DNA of 64,000 nt from Cyanophora paradoxa CCMP329 (lineage: Eukaryota > Plantae > Glaucophyta), in the NCBI GenBank assembly GCA_004431415.1, contig QPMI01000082.1, positions 1 through 64,000 on the forward strand. The letters run 5' to 3'. Positions 30,833 to 43,310 of the stretch are shown here, piece by piece (within the stretch, counting starts at the first letter, position 1; the number at the start of each line of letters is the position of its first letter). The translations under genes and the position numbers were made by a program. The notes under the pieces were generated by a model. The model was given only the letters and a program-made list of their open reading frames with translations, was not told the origin of the DNA and searched no databases.

Positions 30833-33800
30833 ATGCAGCTCAACGGGGGTCCGCTGGACCCCTTCTTCAACATAGTCTTGGCCGGCGGGGCGGCGACTGT
30901 AGCGAATCCTTACGAGCAGGCATTGCATGCGGGGACTAGTTCGAGCCAGGCGGACTCCGCGCGCGCAGCTGTAGCCGCCCTCGCTTCCAATGCTGGCTTG
31001 GTCGCTGCAGCCGCGTCGGAGGCTGCTGCCGCCGTCGCAGCGGCCGCCGCGGCGCAGCAGCAGCATCACCAATCTCAACATTCGCAGACTCCTCCGCACT
31101 CCCAGCACATCTCTCAGCACCCCGCGCAAGGACAGAACCAACAGGGACACGGAGCGCAGCCGGCGTACCGGCCCGCACAGCATTCCAGCCCGCAGCTTTC
31201 ATCCCAGGGGCACCGAATGGACGTTTCTTATCTGGCCGCTCGCCCGACGCCAGCCCCGACTTCGACTCCCACGCTCAGCGAACTCCTGGGGGGACCGTCC
31301 TTCGATCCGTCCAAGGCCGTGACTGCGCAGGACCTGACCCAAATTTTCCACTATCTTGCGCAGCAAGCTGTCCAGCAACAACAGCAACAGCAGCCGCAGC
31401 CGCCGCCGCCGCAGCAGCAGCAGCAACAGCAGCATCATCATCATCAGCCGCCGCCGCCGCCGCCGCTGCCTCCGCCGCCGCCGCTGCAACGGCAGGTGCT
31501 GCAGCCGCAGCATCAGACCCAACATGTACAGCCTCAGTTACCATCCCTTTCATCGCATTTCCCACCGATACCTCCACCGGCGCCTTCCTCTGCCCCCTCT
31601 TCTTCTTCTTCTTCCTTTTCCCACCCCCATCCTTGCACAGCGGCACCTCCATCTGCGCCTCCTTCTCGATTTTCCTCTTCAGGCCAGTTTGGTTCCTTTC
31701 TGGAGGACCCATTCCGCGCACTGCAGGCCGTGGCCGCGGCCGCGACAGCACCAGCCGCGGCCCCATCCGCGACTGCGGTGGCTGACGCCTTTTGGTCCCT
31801 GGGCGAGTCTACGCAGAGTATCATTGCTGCAGCCGTAGCTGCGAGCGCGCAGGCTGCGGCCGCGTCGAACACCGCAACCACACTAGCGCCACTACCACCT
31901 CCGCCGCCGCCGCCGCCACCGCCGCCGCCGCAGCAGCAGCAACATCAACATCAACAACAGCAACAACAACAGCAGCAGCAGCAGCAGCAACAGTCACGCG
32001 CCCAGCCCGGCGGGCCGCAGCAGCAAGCGGCGCTGCCAGGGTCTGGCGCGATGACGGCTGCGCAGGCGGCGTGCATGGCTCAGCTTGCAGCGTCGAGTCC
32101 GTCGGTTGCGGCAATGTTTTCCGCGCTTATATCATCGCACCCCGCTGCTGCCGCTGCTCTCGCATCGTTTCTCGTCTCCAACGTCGCCGTCCATTCTGCG
32201 CCCGAACCACTCCGGCACCCGCCCCCGCCCCATTCCGCCTCGGAGCCGGCGCCTCAGTCCCCCTTCCCTACATCCTCGGCCATCCTGCAGGCCGCCCAAG
32301 CGGCAGCATCGCCGGCGCAGCCGCCACGACTGCAGCAGCTCGCCGCCGCCGCCACGCCGCACGCGGGGACAGCGGGGTCGTCGGCGGGGCAGGCCCCGGC
32401 GCAGGGCCCTGTGGCGGCGGCGATGGCGGCGGCGGCAGCGGCGGGGCTCTTCGCAGCAAGTTCGACGGAGGCGCCGCACGTCTGGACGCCCTCCTTCCTG
32501 ACGCCCTCAGACCCCGCCCTCATGGGGTCCCAGGACCCTCACGCCCTCCTCGGTCCGCCCGCGCAGCCCGCCCCTCCCCCTCGCGCCCCGCCGACGCCGC
32601 CGCAGGCTTCGACCCCGTGATGCCCAACGCGGTGCCGTCCGCCCTTACGCGTCCTCCCCCCGAGCCGTCGCCGCCCGCCCCGGCCTGGCCTACACAGAAG
32701 CAACCCGCCGTGTCCGCCCTGCCCCTCGGCGGACAGGCGCCACGATCCGTCTAACTCGGCCGCAGGCGCTTCGCGCCGACGGCGCTGCACCTGAACCCTG
32801 GGGCGGCGACGCCGGGCGGGGGTGTAAAGCTGGAGGGGGCGGTGCGGGCGAGCGTGAGCCACGCCACCTCGTGGCGCGACGCACAGCAGATTCCCCGCAA
32901 CACGTCCGCCCAGCCCCTCTCGCCTCCTGCGCCCGCACTGACCCCGCGGCAGGGACCGCAGTCTCTTTCAGCCCGGCACGTCCGATGCGCCCCAGGGGAA
33001 CGCAGCACCGCCATCGGGCCCAAACCCTCTCCCTGCCACCCCTCCGCACGCGCCGAGTGGCCTGCCGCCCCCCCCCGTTTCGGGCTCTCCCGGCTGGCGG
33101 CCGCCCCCTGCTCCAATGGTGCCGAGCCTACCTCCTCCGCCTGGGGCTAGCCCCGTGGGGCCGCCCCTTTTGCTTCACGCCCTCGGCCGGCAGGCCCCGC
33201 GGCCCGGCGCAGAGGCCGCCGCCCCCTCTCCCCTCGGGCCCTCCCCTCCGCCCCCTGGGGCCATCCCGGCCGGCCCTCTCGGCGCTTTCCCGCTTGCGCG
33301 GAGCGACCCGCACTCGCATCCGCCGCTGCCGGGCGCCGCGCAGCTGCGGCCTCCCTACGCGCAGGCAGCGGTCGGTCCCGTCCCGCCTGCCGTGGCACCG
33401 GCGGTGGCGAGCAAGGGGGCCGGGGCGGGGGCGGGCGGGCAGCAGTCGACGCCGCCGCTGGGGCCGCAGGGGGCGGGGGTGCTGGCGCCCTCGCGCTCTT
33501 CCAACTCGTCGAGCGCCTCGTCGTACCCGCCAACGCCGGCCCTCTCCAGCGCCTCCTCTTCCTCCCGCAAGGGGCCCCCCTCCCACTCCGAGGCCCGCCC
33601 GCCCGCCACTCCCGCCCCCGACGCCCCCGCCGACCCCCTCTCGCAGATCGAGCGCAAGCGGCGGGACTTGATGACGGAGCGGATCGGGCAGCTGAAGAAC
33701 CTGCTGCCGGCGAGCGAGCTGGCGCTGGGGAGCAAGAGCACGCAGGCGGCGATCCTGGGGTCGGCTGCGCGGTACATCGGGACGCTGCAGGCGGAGAACG

Positions 33801-35631
33801 CGCAGCTGCGGGAGGCGCGGGGCAGCCTTGTGGCGCAGCTGAAGGCCACCCGCCGCGCCCTCCGCGACCTCAAGGGCCTCGGAGAGCCGGCCCCGCCCGC
33901 CCACGGCTCGCCCCCGGAGGCCGCCCCTGAGAAGCCCAAGTCGGGCGGCGGCTCGGGGTCGGGCGGCAGCGGGAGCGGCGGCTCGGGGGGCGGCAGCCGC
34001 TGCGGCTCGAGCGGGGAGAGCGCCTCGCGCGAGTCGTCCCCCGGCCGGGACGACGGCATGGAGGCCGAGCCCGACGGCCCGACGCCGCCCCGTCCGCCCG
34101 CCCCGCCCCGCCACACCGCCCCGGCTCCGCGCCGACGCAGCGTCTCCCGCAGGGGTGGGGGCGGCGCGGGGGTTGCGGAGCTGTGGCGGACAGGGGACGG
34201 GCCCTACACGCTCCTCGTCTGCTCCGTGCCAGAGTCGGCCGCCGTCGCCAGCCCCAGCATCGTGCGCCGCCGGCCGCGCCGCCCTGCGCAGCCCCGCGCG
34301 GCGCCGAGCGCAGCGGCAGGCGATGGGCGTGCGGGTGCCGGCGGTGAGCGTGAAGCAATTTGCGGCGATGGGCCTCAAGCTCGCCATGGAGAACCTCTTC
34401 ATCACTGATCCGACCCTCCCGGGACACCCGATCGCGCGCCCCGCACCCTGCCGGGCGACGGGGTCCGCGGCTGACGGCGCGGGGGCAGATTTATGCGTCT
34501 GAGAGCTACCGTGCGGCGGTGGGGATGACGCAGGAGGAGGTCGTGGGGGCCCCCGGCGCCTTCTCGCACCCAGGCTGCGTGGACTACGCGGCGGCGGGGG
34601 GCCTGGCGGGGGCGCTGCGGGACGGGGCGGACTTCCTGGCGGAGGTCTTCGCGCGGCGCAAGGACGGGGCCCCTTTCTGGAGCCTCGTCTCGGTCGTCTC
34701 CGTGGTGGACGCCCAGAGCCGCGTCGTCAACTACATCGCCTCCTCCGTGCCCCCGCCCCGCTTCCCCCCCGGCGACGGCCCCGCCGTCTCACGCCGGCGC
34801 CGCGCAGCTCGACATCACCTCCTGCAAGCACCGCGAGGGGGTCCTCATGCGCCCCGAGGCGGCCCCCAGCGCGGAGGGGCCCCTCGCGGCGGGCCCTGCC
34901 AAGGCCTGCCCTCAGAACGCCCCCTCCGGCGACCGCGAGGGCGGCAACGGCGCCAAGCGGCCCCGTAACGGGTGCGACGCCCCTCAGTGACAGTGGGCCC
35001 CCGGGGCGAGGGCGCGACGGGGGTTGGGCAGATACGGGCCGCGGGGCAGCGGGGCGCCGATCGGGGAACCGAACACGCCGCTGAAGCACTTCCTGGCGGC
35101 GCTGCTGTGCATGGCGATGGAGGGGCTCCTCGTCACCGACTCGCGCACCCGCCCCGGCGGCACGGACCGCATCCTCTTCGCCTCGCGCGGCCTCCAGGCC
35201 CGCCCGGCGCCGCCCCGCGGCCCCCGCGCCGGCCCCGCCTGCCGCGGCTGAGGTGGCGCAGCGGGCGACGGGCTTCTCGCGGGGCGAGCTGGTGGGGCAG
35301 TCGTGCTCCGAGATGCTGGGCGGGGAGGGCCCCGACGCCGCCCCCGTCCCCGGCCTCGACGCCTGCATGCGCCTCAAGCGCCCGTGCATCGCCCGTGCGC
35401 CCCCGCGCGCCCCGCGCGCCCCGCCCCCGCTCACCGCCTCCCCGCAGAGGCCCTCCTGCGCCGCAAGTGCGGGCCGCCTCTCCCGAACCTGGTGCGCGAG
35501 AGCCGCGGGGCGGGGCTGGCCGGGCGGGGCGGGGGCTGATGGCTGGGCAGCTGTTCGCGACCCCGGTGCTGGACATGAGCGGCGAGGCGGTCCGCTTCAT
35601 TCAGCTCCGCCACGCCTTCGAGGCCCTTTAA
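30833..35631 (+). CDS. Gln/Pro/Ala-rich bHLH-leucine zipper transcription factor with two C-terminal PAS (LOV-like) domains
   Basis: SQIERKRRDLMTERIGQLKNLLP...QAAILGSAARYIGTLQ (~33640-33790); FITDPTLPGHPIIYASE...RRKDGAPFW; ILFASRGLQRATGFSRGELVGQSC; link to the 595-aa 5' ORF via an intron near 32552-32605 is inferred. Confidence 0.78.
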
Positions 35632-35724
35632 GCCCCCGCCCCGCACCGCATTCGCCCCCGCCCGCGCCCCCGCGCCCCTCACGAATGAGACGTATTTATT
35701 GCGAGGGGGCGGGGCGACGAGGGC

Positions 35725-37405
35725 TCACGCCTCGAGCACCTCGACGAGGCGGCCGAGGGCGGCGGCGACGGTCCCCGCGACGCCGCGCTGGTACCCGCAG
35801 TTGGCCACCAGCGCGCACAGCGGCGCCTTGGCCCTGGCGCGCCTCTCAGCGCGCCGAGCGGGGCGGGGCGGGGCGGGGCGGGGCGGGTGAGGCGGCCGAC
35901 CGGCGCGCAGCGGCGGCGACGGCGGCCTCGCGCTCCACGACCGTCGCGCGCGTCGCGTGAAAGTGCCCGTTGGGGTCTGCGCCGCCCTCGGCTCCAGCAC
36001 CGCGGGCGCCAGGGCCGGCGGCCGGCGCACCGCCCTCGAGCACGTCGTAGCCGATCACGTAGATGATGAACTCGGGTGAGAACTCTGCAGGCGGGTCGCC
36101 CCAGCGCCGCCGGCGCGGCGGGCCGGCGCGGCGCTGTGGCACCTCGGAAGGCGTCGCTCAGGGCGTCGAGGAGGGCAGCCCGGTACTCCCCATCGGTCGT
36201 GGCGCACGTGCACGGCGCCCCCGCGCGATCGCCCGCTTCGCCCAGTGCTCCTGCCCGGCCCGCCTCGCCTCGCGCCCCCGCCCCCGCGCCCGCGCCTGCG
36301 CCCCTCGACCCTCGCGCACCTGGGGTACTCCTGCGAGGAGGGGGGGAGGGGGGGGGGGGGGAGGGGGGGAGGGTGGGAAGGGTGGTGAGGGGCTGGGCAG
36401 GCGGGGCGGGCGGGCGAGAGGCACGAGGTCGTTGTTGTATGCGTCGACGATGTAGACGACGCCGGCGCGGGCCTCCTTGAGCAGGTCCCCCTCGTGCCCA
36501 TTCCCCTGCGCCCCCTCGCCCCCTCGCCCCGGGTCGCCGCACCCCGCCGCAAAACCGCACCCTGTGCACGTCGAAGTCGATGCTGCGGCGTGTCCCGGCA
36601 TCAGTCAGGTGCCGGCGCGCCCTCGCGCCGAGCTCACATCATCAGCTTGCCGCCGGGCCTCTTTCTCCAGTAGTGCCGCGCTGGGGGCAGTCAGCGGGGC
36701 AGAAGGGCCGCGGAAGCCGAGTCTCTCGGATCACGGCGAACCGGCCATGGTAACGTCGGCAAACCAGCAGAGACCGGCGCCGCCGCGCGGGCCCGACGCG
36801 TGGTGCAGCCCCCCGTCCTGCAGCGGCTGAGCGGCAGAGCCAGCGCACGAAGCGGGGCGGGGCGCGCGGACCGTGTTCACCGCCCAGCCGCGCTCCAGCG
36901 CCAGGTCCACCGCCATGAGCGTGCCGCGGGCGCACCAGCGCTGCGGCTCGACGTACTCCATCAGGAGCCGCGCGGGGGTTGCCCGCTCCACCTCTCGCCG
37001 GCTCATCTCTCCGACACGCGCGAGGAGCGCGGGGGTGCCTCGCTCGATGGAGCGCAGGTACTCCTCCGTGTGCGCCAGCAGGAGCTCCTCATCGCTGGCG
37101 CGGCGGTCGCACTCAACGAACCCTCGCCCGCGGTGCAGGTCGGCCCGCGCCCGCAGCAGCGCCACCACTTCGCGCAGATTCTGGCACGAGGTGGCCAAGT
37201 CGGTGAAGCGCACGTTGTACCGCTCGCTCACAACCACCGGCATGCTAGCTGCAGAGCTCAGCGCGGGGGCATCGCCCGGGCTGCAGCTGAAGGCTGCGAC
37301 GTCGGCTGTCTCTCTCTTCGAGTCCGCTTCATCCAGCCCATTGGCGGCCCGCCTGGCGCGCTTCGCGGGCGGCGGCGCGGCGCGTTCGGGATCCTCGGCC
37401 GCCAT
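35725..37405 (-). CDS. Histone deacetylase family protein, class IV (HDAC11-like)
   Basis: ELLLAHTEEYL, ALERGWAVNT|GGLHHAS..G.GLCWFADV, DVH-QGNGHE, GYDVLEG-DP, GYQ. Confidence 0.88.
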
Positions 37406-37968
37406 CCGACGTGGCGCTCGTATGTGCTGTCCGCAAATCAACTACGTAAGTCTTGCAAATCGTGCACACTGCGAGCGGCGCGCCAAGAGCTTCGGCGCAC
37501 CTGGTCAACAAGCCGGCTCGCGCGGCTCCACGGACTAGGGGGGGTTTACGGCCGAAAGATAGCAGCTGCAGAGGCCCTGTTGTGTGCTTGCCAAAGAAGT
37601 TGACAAGCGCCAGCTGCAGGCCCTACGCCTGGCCCAGGCCGCCCAGCTGCAGTGGCTTGCGAACGAAGTGACGTCGGGCGCCGGCGAATGCCTCATGATC
37701 TTATGCGGTACCGGTACGTGCGCCTTTCCTATATATAGCTAACGGTGCGCACGAGCTACATCATGCCTACATGGCCGCCGGGCCTCTCTCTTGCGCGCCG
37801 GCGCCTAGCCTAGTAGCGTACATGGCCTCTCTCAGAGTCTCTCTCGCACGCAGATCCTTCGAGGATCTCAGAGTCTTAACTTCAAGGCTTTTAGCTTTTT
37901 GTACTACAGTAGATTACGCGCGCGCCTGCGTTTACGCTAGCTATAGATGTAAAACTGACATTATATAA

Positions 37969-39565
37969 TTACGTCGACGTCTGAACTGCCGCGGGAGCGC
38001 TGGCGCTGTCGGCTTCGGGTGGGGGGCCCGGGGCGTCCGGTACGGACCCCTGCCGGGCCTGGCCGACTCTCCAAAATGAATCGGCAGGGAGGCGGGGAAA
38101 GAAGCCGTCGGCCGCCTCTCGGCCAGCGATCACCGGAAACTCGCCCCTGCGCATGCACGCGCAGTGCTTGAGCGAGTGCGCCAGGCGTTGCAGGCAACCG
38201 CCGGCAGCGCGAGGCGCACTTGCGGTACCAGCTGCGGGGGGGTCAGCGGGGGCGCGATGGTCAGGGTGCGGGGCAGGCGCACACGTGGAGGTTGTAGTCC
38301 TCGGGCCGCTGCCTGCGGGGGCCGTCCCAGCGTCAGGGGCTGGCGCGGGGCACCAGGCCGGGGCTGCAGTCGTGCCTGGAGCCGTAGGCGCCGAGAAAGC
38401 GGCCCTCGACGGGGGTCTCCTCGTGCTCGTAGCCGAGCCCAGCCATGAGCTCCACGAATGTCGAGACGCCGTCTCGGTCCGTCGAGAGCACCTCGAGGAA
38501 GAAGCCGCCCGGCCGCAGCAGCCGCCCGATCAGCCGCGACAGGCTGCGTGCCGCGGCGGTCGGCGCGGCGGCCGGGCATGCGCGAGCTGAGGATTGCGCG
38601 CGCCTTCCGACACTGAGGAGGGAGTAGGTGAGCTCGGAACCAATGAGGACGTCCGCCGCAGGCAGCTCCGCCTCCGGAGGCGGTTTGTCCCAGTCCTGCG
38701 CCCGCATTGGCCCAGGTTCCTTGGCGGGCAGAGCGGAGGCGAGGGCGGGGCACGAGGTGCATGACGCGTGTGCGGGAGCGGAGGACGTCGCGCCAGCGCG
38801 CGTCGGCGGCGCGCTCAGCGTCGCTCGGTTGCCGCTCGGGGTCATCCTCGGCCTCTGCGTTGGTCCGCACGTTGTACGCCGCATTCTCGATTACCTGCCG
38901 CCCCGTCGCCCCCCCGGTCGCATCCCGCGCGTCGCGTCGCCCGGCCCCCGCACCGACTCAATGTAGTCCGTCAGGACGACCGTCGAGCAGAACCGCGCCG
39001 CAACGATGCCCGGTAGACCGCACCCGCAGCCGAGCTCGATCTGCTTGCAGCTACGATCAAGATGGCACCGGCCCCGCCACCGCATCGCGGTGCTACGCGA
39101 GAAGCGCGCACGAGCGAGCGGCTAGCCAAGTACTGCTCTCCGTACACGTAAATCCAGCGCGCCAGGATGATAGACGCATCTGGCTATGATTCAGTGACTC
39201 CGCGGCAGAAAAAGTGCGCGAGAGTGAGGCTTACCCCACAAAGCGCACTGGACAAAGTGGCGAGGTTCGCGAAGCGTTGGCGTTCGTCGGTTTAGAAACG
39301 ATAAGGCGAACGGGGCTGGCTCACCCCAAGTCCAGCATCAACGATCGACAGCTCGCGAATGAAGGCTTCAACCTCCCAGGTTTTGCTGCGCTTGTCGCGT
39401 GCGCCGAAGCCGATTGTTTTTCTCTTGTTCTTCCCAATCCCAAGCGCAGCCTGGTGCGTGAGGGGGTGAGTGAGCACGCGTAGCTGTAGCGCCGCGTTAC
39501 ACGCGGCGTACCTCCTGCCAATTCACACCCGCCGCTGGGCCGAGCTTCGGTCGTCCGTTTAGCAT
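37969..39565 (-). CDS. METTL21/family-16 protein lysine methyltransferase
   Basis: DAGLG|CALW|DASIILARWI, IELGCGCGLPGI, VVLTDY, DW, DVLIGSELTY. Confidence 0.88.
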
Positions 39566-39627
39566 CGTCCCGCCGCCGCCGTTTCGAGGTGCGGGGGAGC
39601 GCGATGCCTGCTAACCGCCAAGATGGG

Positions 39628-39815
39628 ATCGCGCGGTGCGGGATGGCTGCCTTGGCCAGAGGACCGCCGACAAAGCGTTCTACGCGCCGAGACCCAACTC
39701 GATCGCGGGGTGCGCGAAGCCTGCCTTGGCTAGACCCAAGAGAGCGCTCTACGCGCCGAGATCCAACTCGATCGCGGGGTGCGGGATGCCTGCCTTGCCT
39801 AGAGGACCGCCGACT
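39628..39815 (+). repeat. ~70-bp direct repeat, about 2.5 copies, in a divergent promoter region
   Basis: TCTACGCGCCGAGA(C/T)CCAACTCGATCGCGGGGTGCG occurs twice with flanking partial copies. Confidence 0.8.
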
Positions 39816-40014
39816 TGGCGTCGAGTGCGAGAAGCCACTACCCCGGCACCCCCGGTTGAACTTCAGCCCCCCCGGAGTCATACCACGTGCGGCTTGCGTG
39901 CTTTCATTGAGCCCACTTCCCAGCATCCCACACGGCCACCCAGCCCTCCAGCGGCAATCACTACACAACGAGCGCGCGCCAGCACTCTATTCTCGACATC
40001 ATCGCGACGGCAAC

Positions 40015-41256
40015 ATGGCCTTCGCGCTCCCGATCACTCTCCGCCCTCAAACCTGCAGCACCTCCGATCCTAGCCTTCTGTTTTCCGGACATGGTGCTGC
40101 CGTCCTCGCCGGTCGTCCGTCTCCCGCGCTCCTGGGCGGCGGTTTGCATGCTCCCGCGCGCTTTGGCGGCGCTCGGCGGGCAAGATCAGACAATCGGATC
40201 TTCTTTGGTACTTGAGTCCACATGTCATGACCCCACGCTCCCACGCCTCATACTCCACGTGCCCAGGCCAAAGCCCCACGCGCAAGTGGCGCATCCCCGC
40301 CCTCGTGGCACCAAGTAGCATGCCGATGAGGTCTGTGGCATGCCGGAGCCTCGGTTCGCGCCGTAGAGTGTCCGATATAAGTCGCGACCTTTCGTTTTCC
40401 GGCAGGGTCGAAGCCAGCTTTGCCTGGGACGAGAGCGAGAATATTCAGCGCGAGGAGGAGACGGATGGTATCACGTTTGAGCAGCAACTTCTTGCAGAGC
40501 AGGCCCGTCCAGCCCCGCCACTTGCGCCCCCGGGCCGCGGCCCTGCAGCCGCCCGCCGGGCATCTGACGTCCAGCGCAGCTCCGGCGCGCCTTTATCCAT
40601 ATGTCCGACACGGAGCTCAAGAGCCAGGTAAGCCCGGAAGCAGCAGACTGCATTCGCAATCCTATCTGATCCGCGCTTCTAAGGTTTTGGACATTGTTCG
40701 GCTGCAAGCCCAAGAGGCCAACATTTGGTCCCGGATGCTCCGCCAGGACTTCGGTGCGCCCTAGCCGGCAGCAGCGCATCAGCGTGCGCGCGCGTGCCTG
40801 GGTTTGACTGGACCTGGGCTTTCTCGCTATCAGGCTTTGGCAATGACGTGAGTTTGCTTCTCCAAGGCGCTTCTCTGTCTCTTTCTTATCTTGATTTGGC
40901 AGTCCGGCGCGGGCGCTGTTCCCTCGGAGGAGATGGTCGATGCTGATGAGGATGTGTCGTTGAGCACCGGCATGGGCGTAGACCAGTCCTTCAAGGCCCT
41001 TCGACTCCAGCAACTCATGGTTCATGAATTTCCTCGTTCTCTCTTTCCTGGATTCGCTTTTCATATGATTTGACTGCATTTGCAGGATGGCATGACTCGC
41101 GAAGAGATCGAGCAAACCTGGTACACAATTCCAAGGGCAAGGACTTGCCTATCCCTTACCTATTCTCGCAGGACTCAAGTCTACACAGACTACTGCATTG
41201 CAAAGAACACTTGGAAGAGGAATTTGTCTCGTTTGAGCCGTGGTGCAACGCTGTAA
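40015..41256 (+). CDS. Hypothetical protein, probably plastid-targeted
   Basis: MAFALP start followed by a Ser/Ala/Arg-rich leader; several short introns; no recognisable family. Confidence 0.55.
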
Positions 41257-41782
41257 ATTTACCTTTGTAGTACCATTGCGTTCAGCGTAGACAGTGTAGC
41301 TACGCCTGTGGCCTACGCATAGAACAGGTGCGGCCGTCGCCGTCGCTGGCCCGGTTGTAGGACCATTGTATAGTAAACTTAGCAGATTTGACTTGGAATT
41401 GACTTTGTACATTCAGCATTTACTTGGTCGGCAATTTTACTTGAATTTGACATTGTATAGTACGTTTGACCTCGCAAATTTCAGTAGAATGTGTGCATTA
41501 ACTTGTAATTGACGCGAGACGTGATTGTTTGCTACTAAGAACTAGCGCCAGCAGTGCCCAGCCGCTGAGCAGCACATTACGCGGGCAATCTTTACTTGAA
41601 TTACGACCACGTATATATATACACACAGATACAGAATGAAATCCAGACATCCAGGGAGCTCAAGAAATTACGATCACGACCAGCCAGTTATAATGCATAG
41701 CTGCAGCTAATTATAAGATCTAGAGCTAGCGCCAGCAGTCCCACGGCCAAGCTCTAAGACCTAAGCCAGATATTGCCAGCTG

Positions 41783-41933
41783 CAGGGCGAGAAGGAACAA
41801 AAGAAGGGGAATTGAAGCACCTGCTCTTGCCAGGGCGAGAAGGAACAAATTAAAGAGGGGGAATTGAATCGAAGCACCTGCTCTTGCCAGGGCGAGAAGG
41901 AACAAAAGATCTAGAGGGGGAATTGAAGCACCT
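41783..41933 (+). repeat. Three imperfect ~50-bp direct repeats
   Basis: CAGGGCGAGAAGGAACAAA...GGGGAATTGAA x3. Confidence 0.9.
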
Positions 41934-42208
41934 TGGCGCGCTCCAGCCGGACGATCTCGGCGTTGAGGCGCACGACTCTGCAATCACGAATTTAAAGCTT
42001 AAATCAAATATCACAAGCTCTCCCCCTCAGGGCCTCATGATCAGGGCCTGGGCCGGGTAGAGCACACTTCGAAGTCAAGAAGCTATAGCTAGCTAAACGA
42101 AGCTCGACTCGGCGAATTGAAGCGTTTAGCACCGTCTATATATCTGTAGCGCGTCGGCAGCCGTACCGCGCAGCTCCTGTAGCACATCTGGTAGCCAGCG
42201 CTAGAGCT

Positions 42209-43260
42209 ATGTCCAAACAAACAGCCTCTGCCGCGGACAACACCGTGCGAAGGACGTGGAATCTATCACAATATGGTGCGTGATGAGTTGCTGTAGGTGC
42301 GCGGCGTGGCTGAACCGTGCGCAGTCGAACAGCCGAAGGACATCGATCCCTCGAAGATCATAGACGAGGATACGTACCTTGACGACGAAGACGCCGACAA
42401 CCCAACGCGCAGTATGCTGGCTCTATTGGCCCGCCCCCCACACTCCAGGCTCAGCGCTCTCCGCAGACATGCCTGGGAACAAGTACATCCCGCGACCCAA
42501 GAAGAAGAAGGACGGCGCGGAGACCGCAGGTAGCGAATCAGAAGATGATTCGAAGCCGAAGCCGCTGCACTGCGTTACCTGCGACCTCGACCTGCCGGAC
42601 CCAGCCGCGTTCCTCAATCACCTCATCAGTAGCGAGCGTACGTCTCCTCCCCGGGCTTTCCATAAACATCTGCGACGGTCGTCGCAGACGCGGATGCGCT
42701 GAGCAGATCGGCCCTTCCGGCGAAGGCGATCGTAAAATCGATCAACGAAAAATTCGACAACAAGAAGAAGGGCAAGGACAAGGAAGACGTCGAAAATATC
42801 TTTTTGAATCGCATGCATTCTGCGGCTTGCACGCGCTTGCGCAGTGCGCTGCCCTTGACTGCAGTCCCCTTCGGGCGCTCCACAGCAGATTCAGGTCAGA
42901 GGCTGTTGTGCGACAGCTTCTCCGTGCCCCAGCCCTCACAGCTTGCAGGTGAATCTTGACGACCGCGTCAAGCGTAGGATAGAGGAGGAGCAGAAAGAGA
43001 AGGAGGCAAAGAAGAAGGTGCCCGTGCTCCGCCCCACGCCGCGCATCTTCAGGTCGCACACACTGATCCCCCGCAGGCAAAAGCCGAGAGCAAGAAGAAG
43101 GTATGTTGGCCCCGGGGGTGTGATGTGCTTCTTCCGAGGGACAAAGTGCGCCATGCAGGCGGATGCGGAAGCGGCTGCCAAGGTGGCCGAGGAAGAGCAG
43201 GCTGCAATGTACGCTGCAATGGGCCTCCCAGGCGGGTTCGGGACCACAAAGAAGAAGTAG
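42209..43260 (+). CDS. Matrin-type zinc finger splicing factor (ZMAT2/Snu23-like)
   Basis: DNTVRRTWN, HCVTCDLDLPDPAAFLNHL, MYAAMGLPGGFGTTKKK*. Confidence 0.72.
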
Positions 43261-43310
43261 ATTGCAAGGAATTTTGCCAGCTTGCCCACGATGCCAGCCG
43301 GTCTGCACAG

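Noticed and set aside
41783-41933. CRISPR-like repeat
   Set aside because: Only three units, with no unique spacers of regular length.
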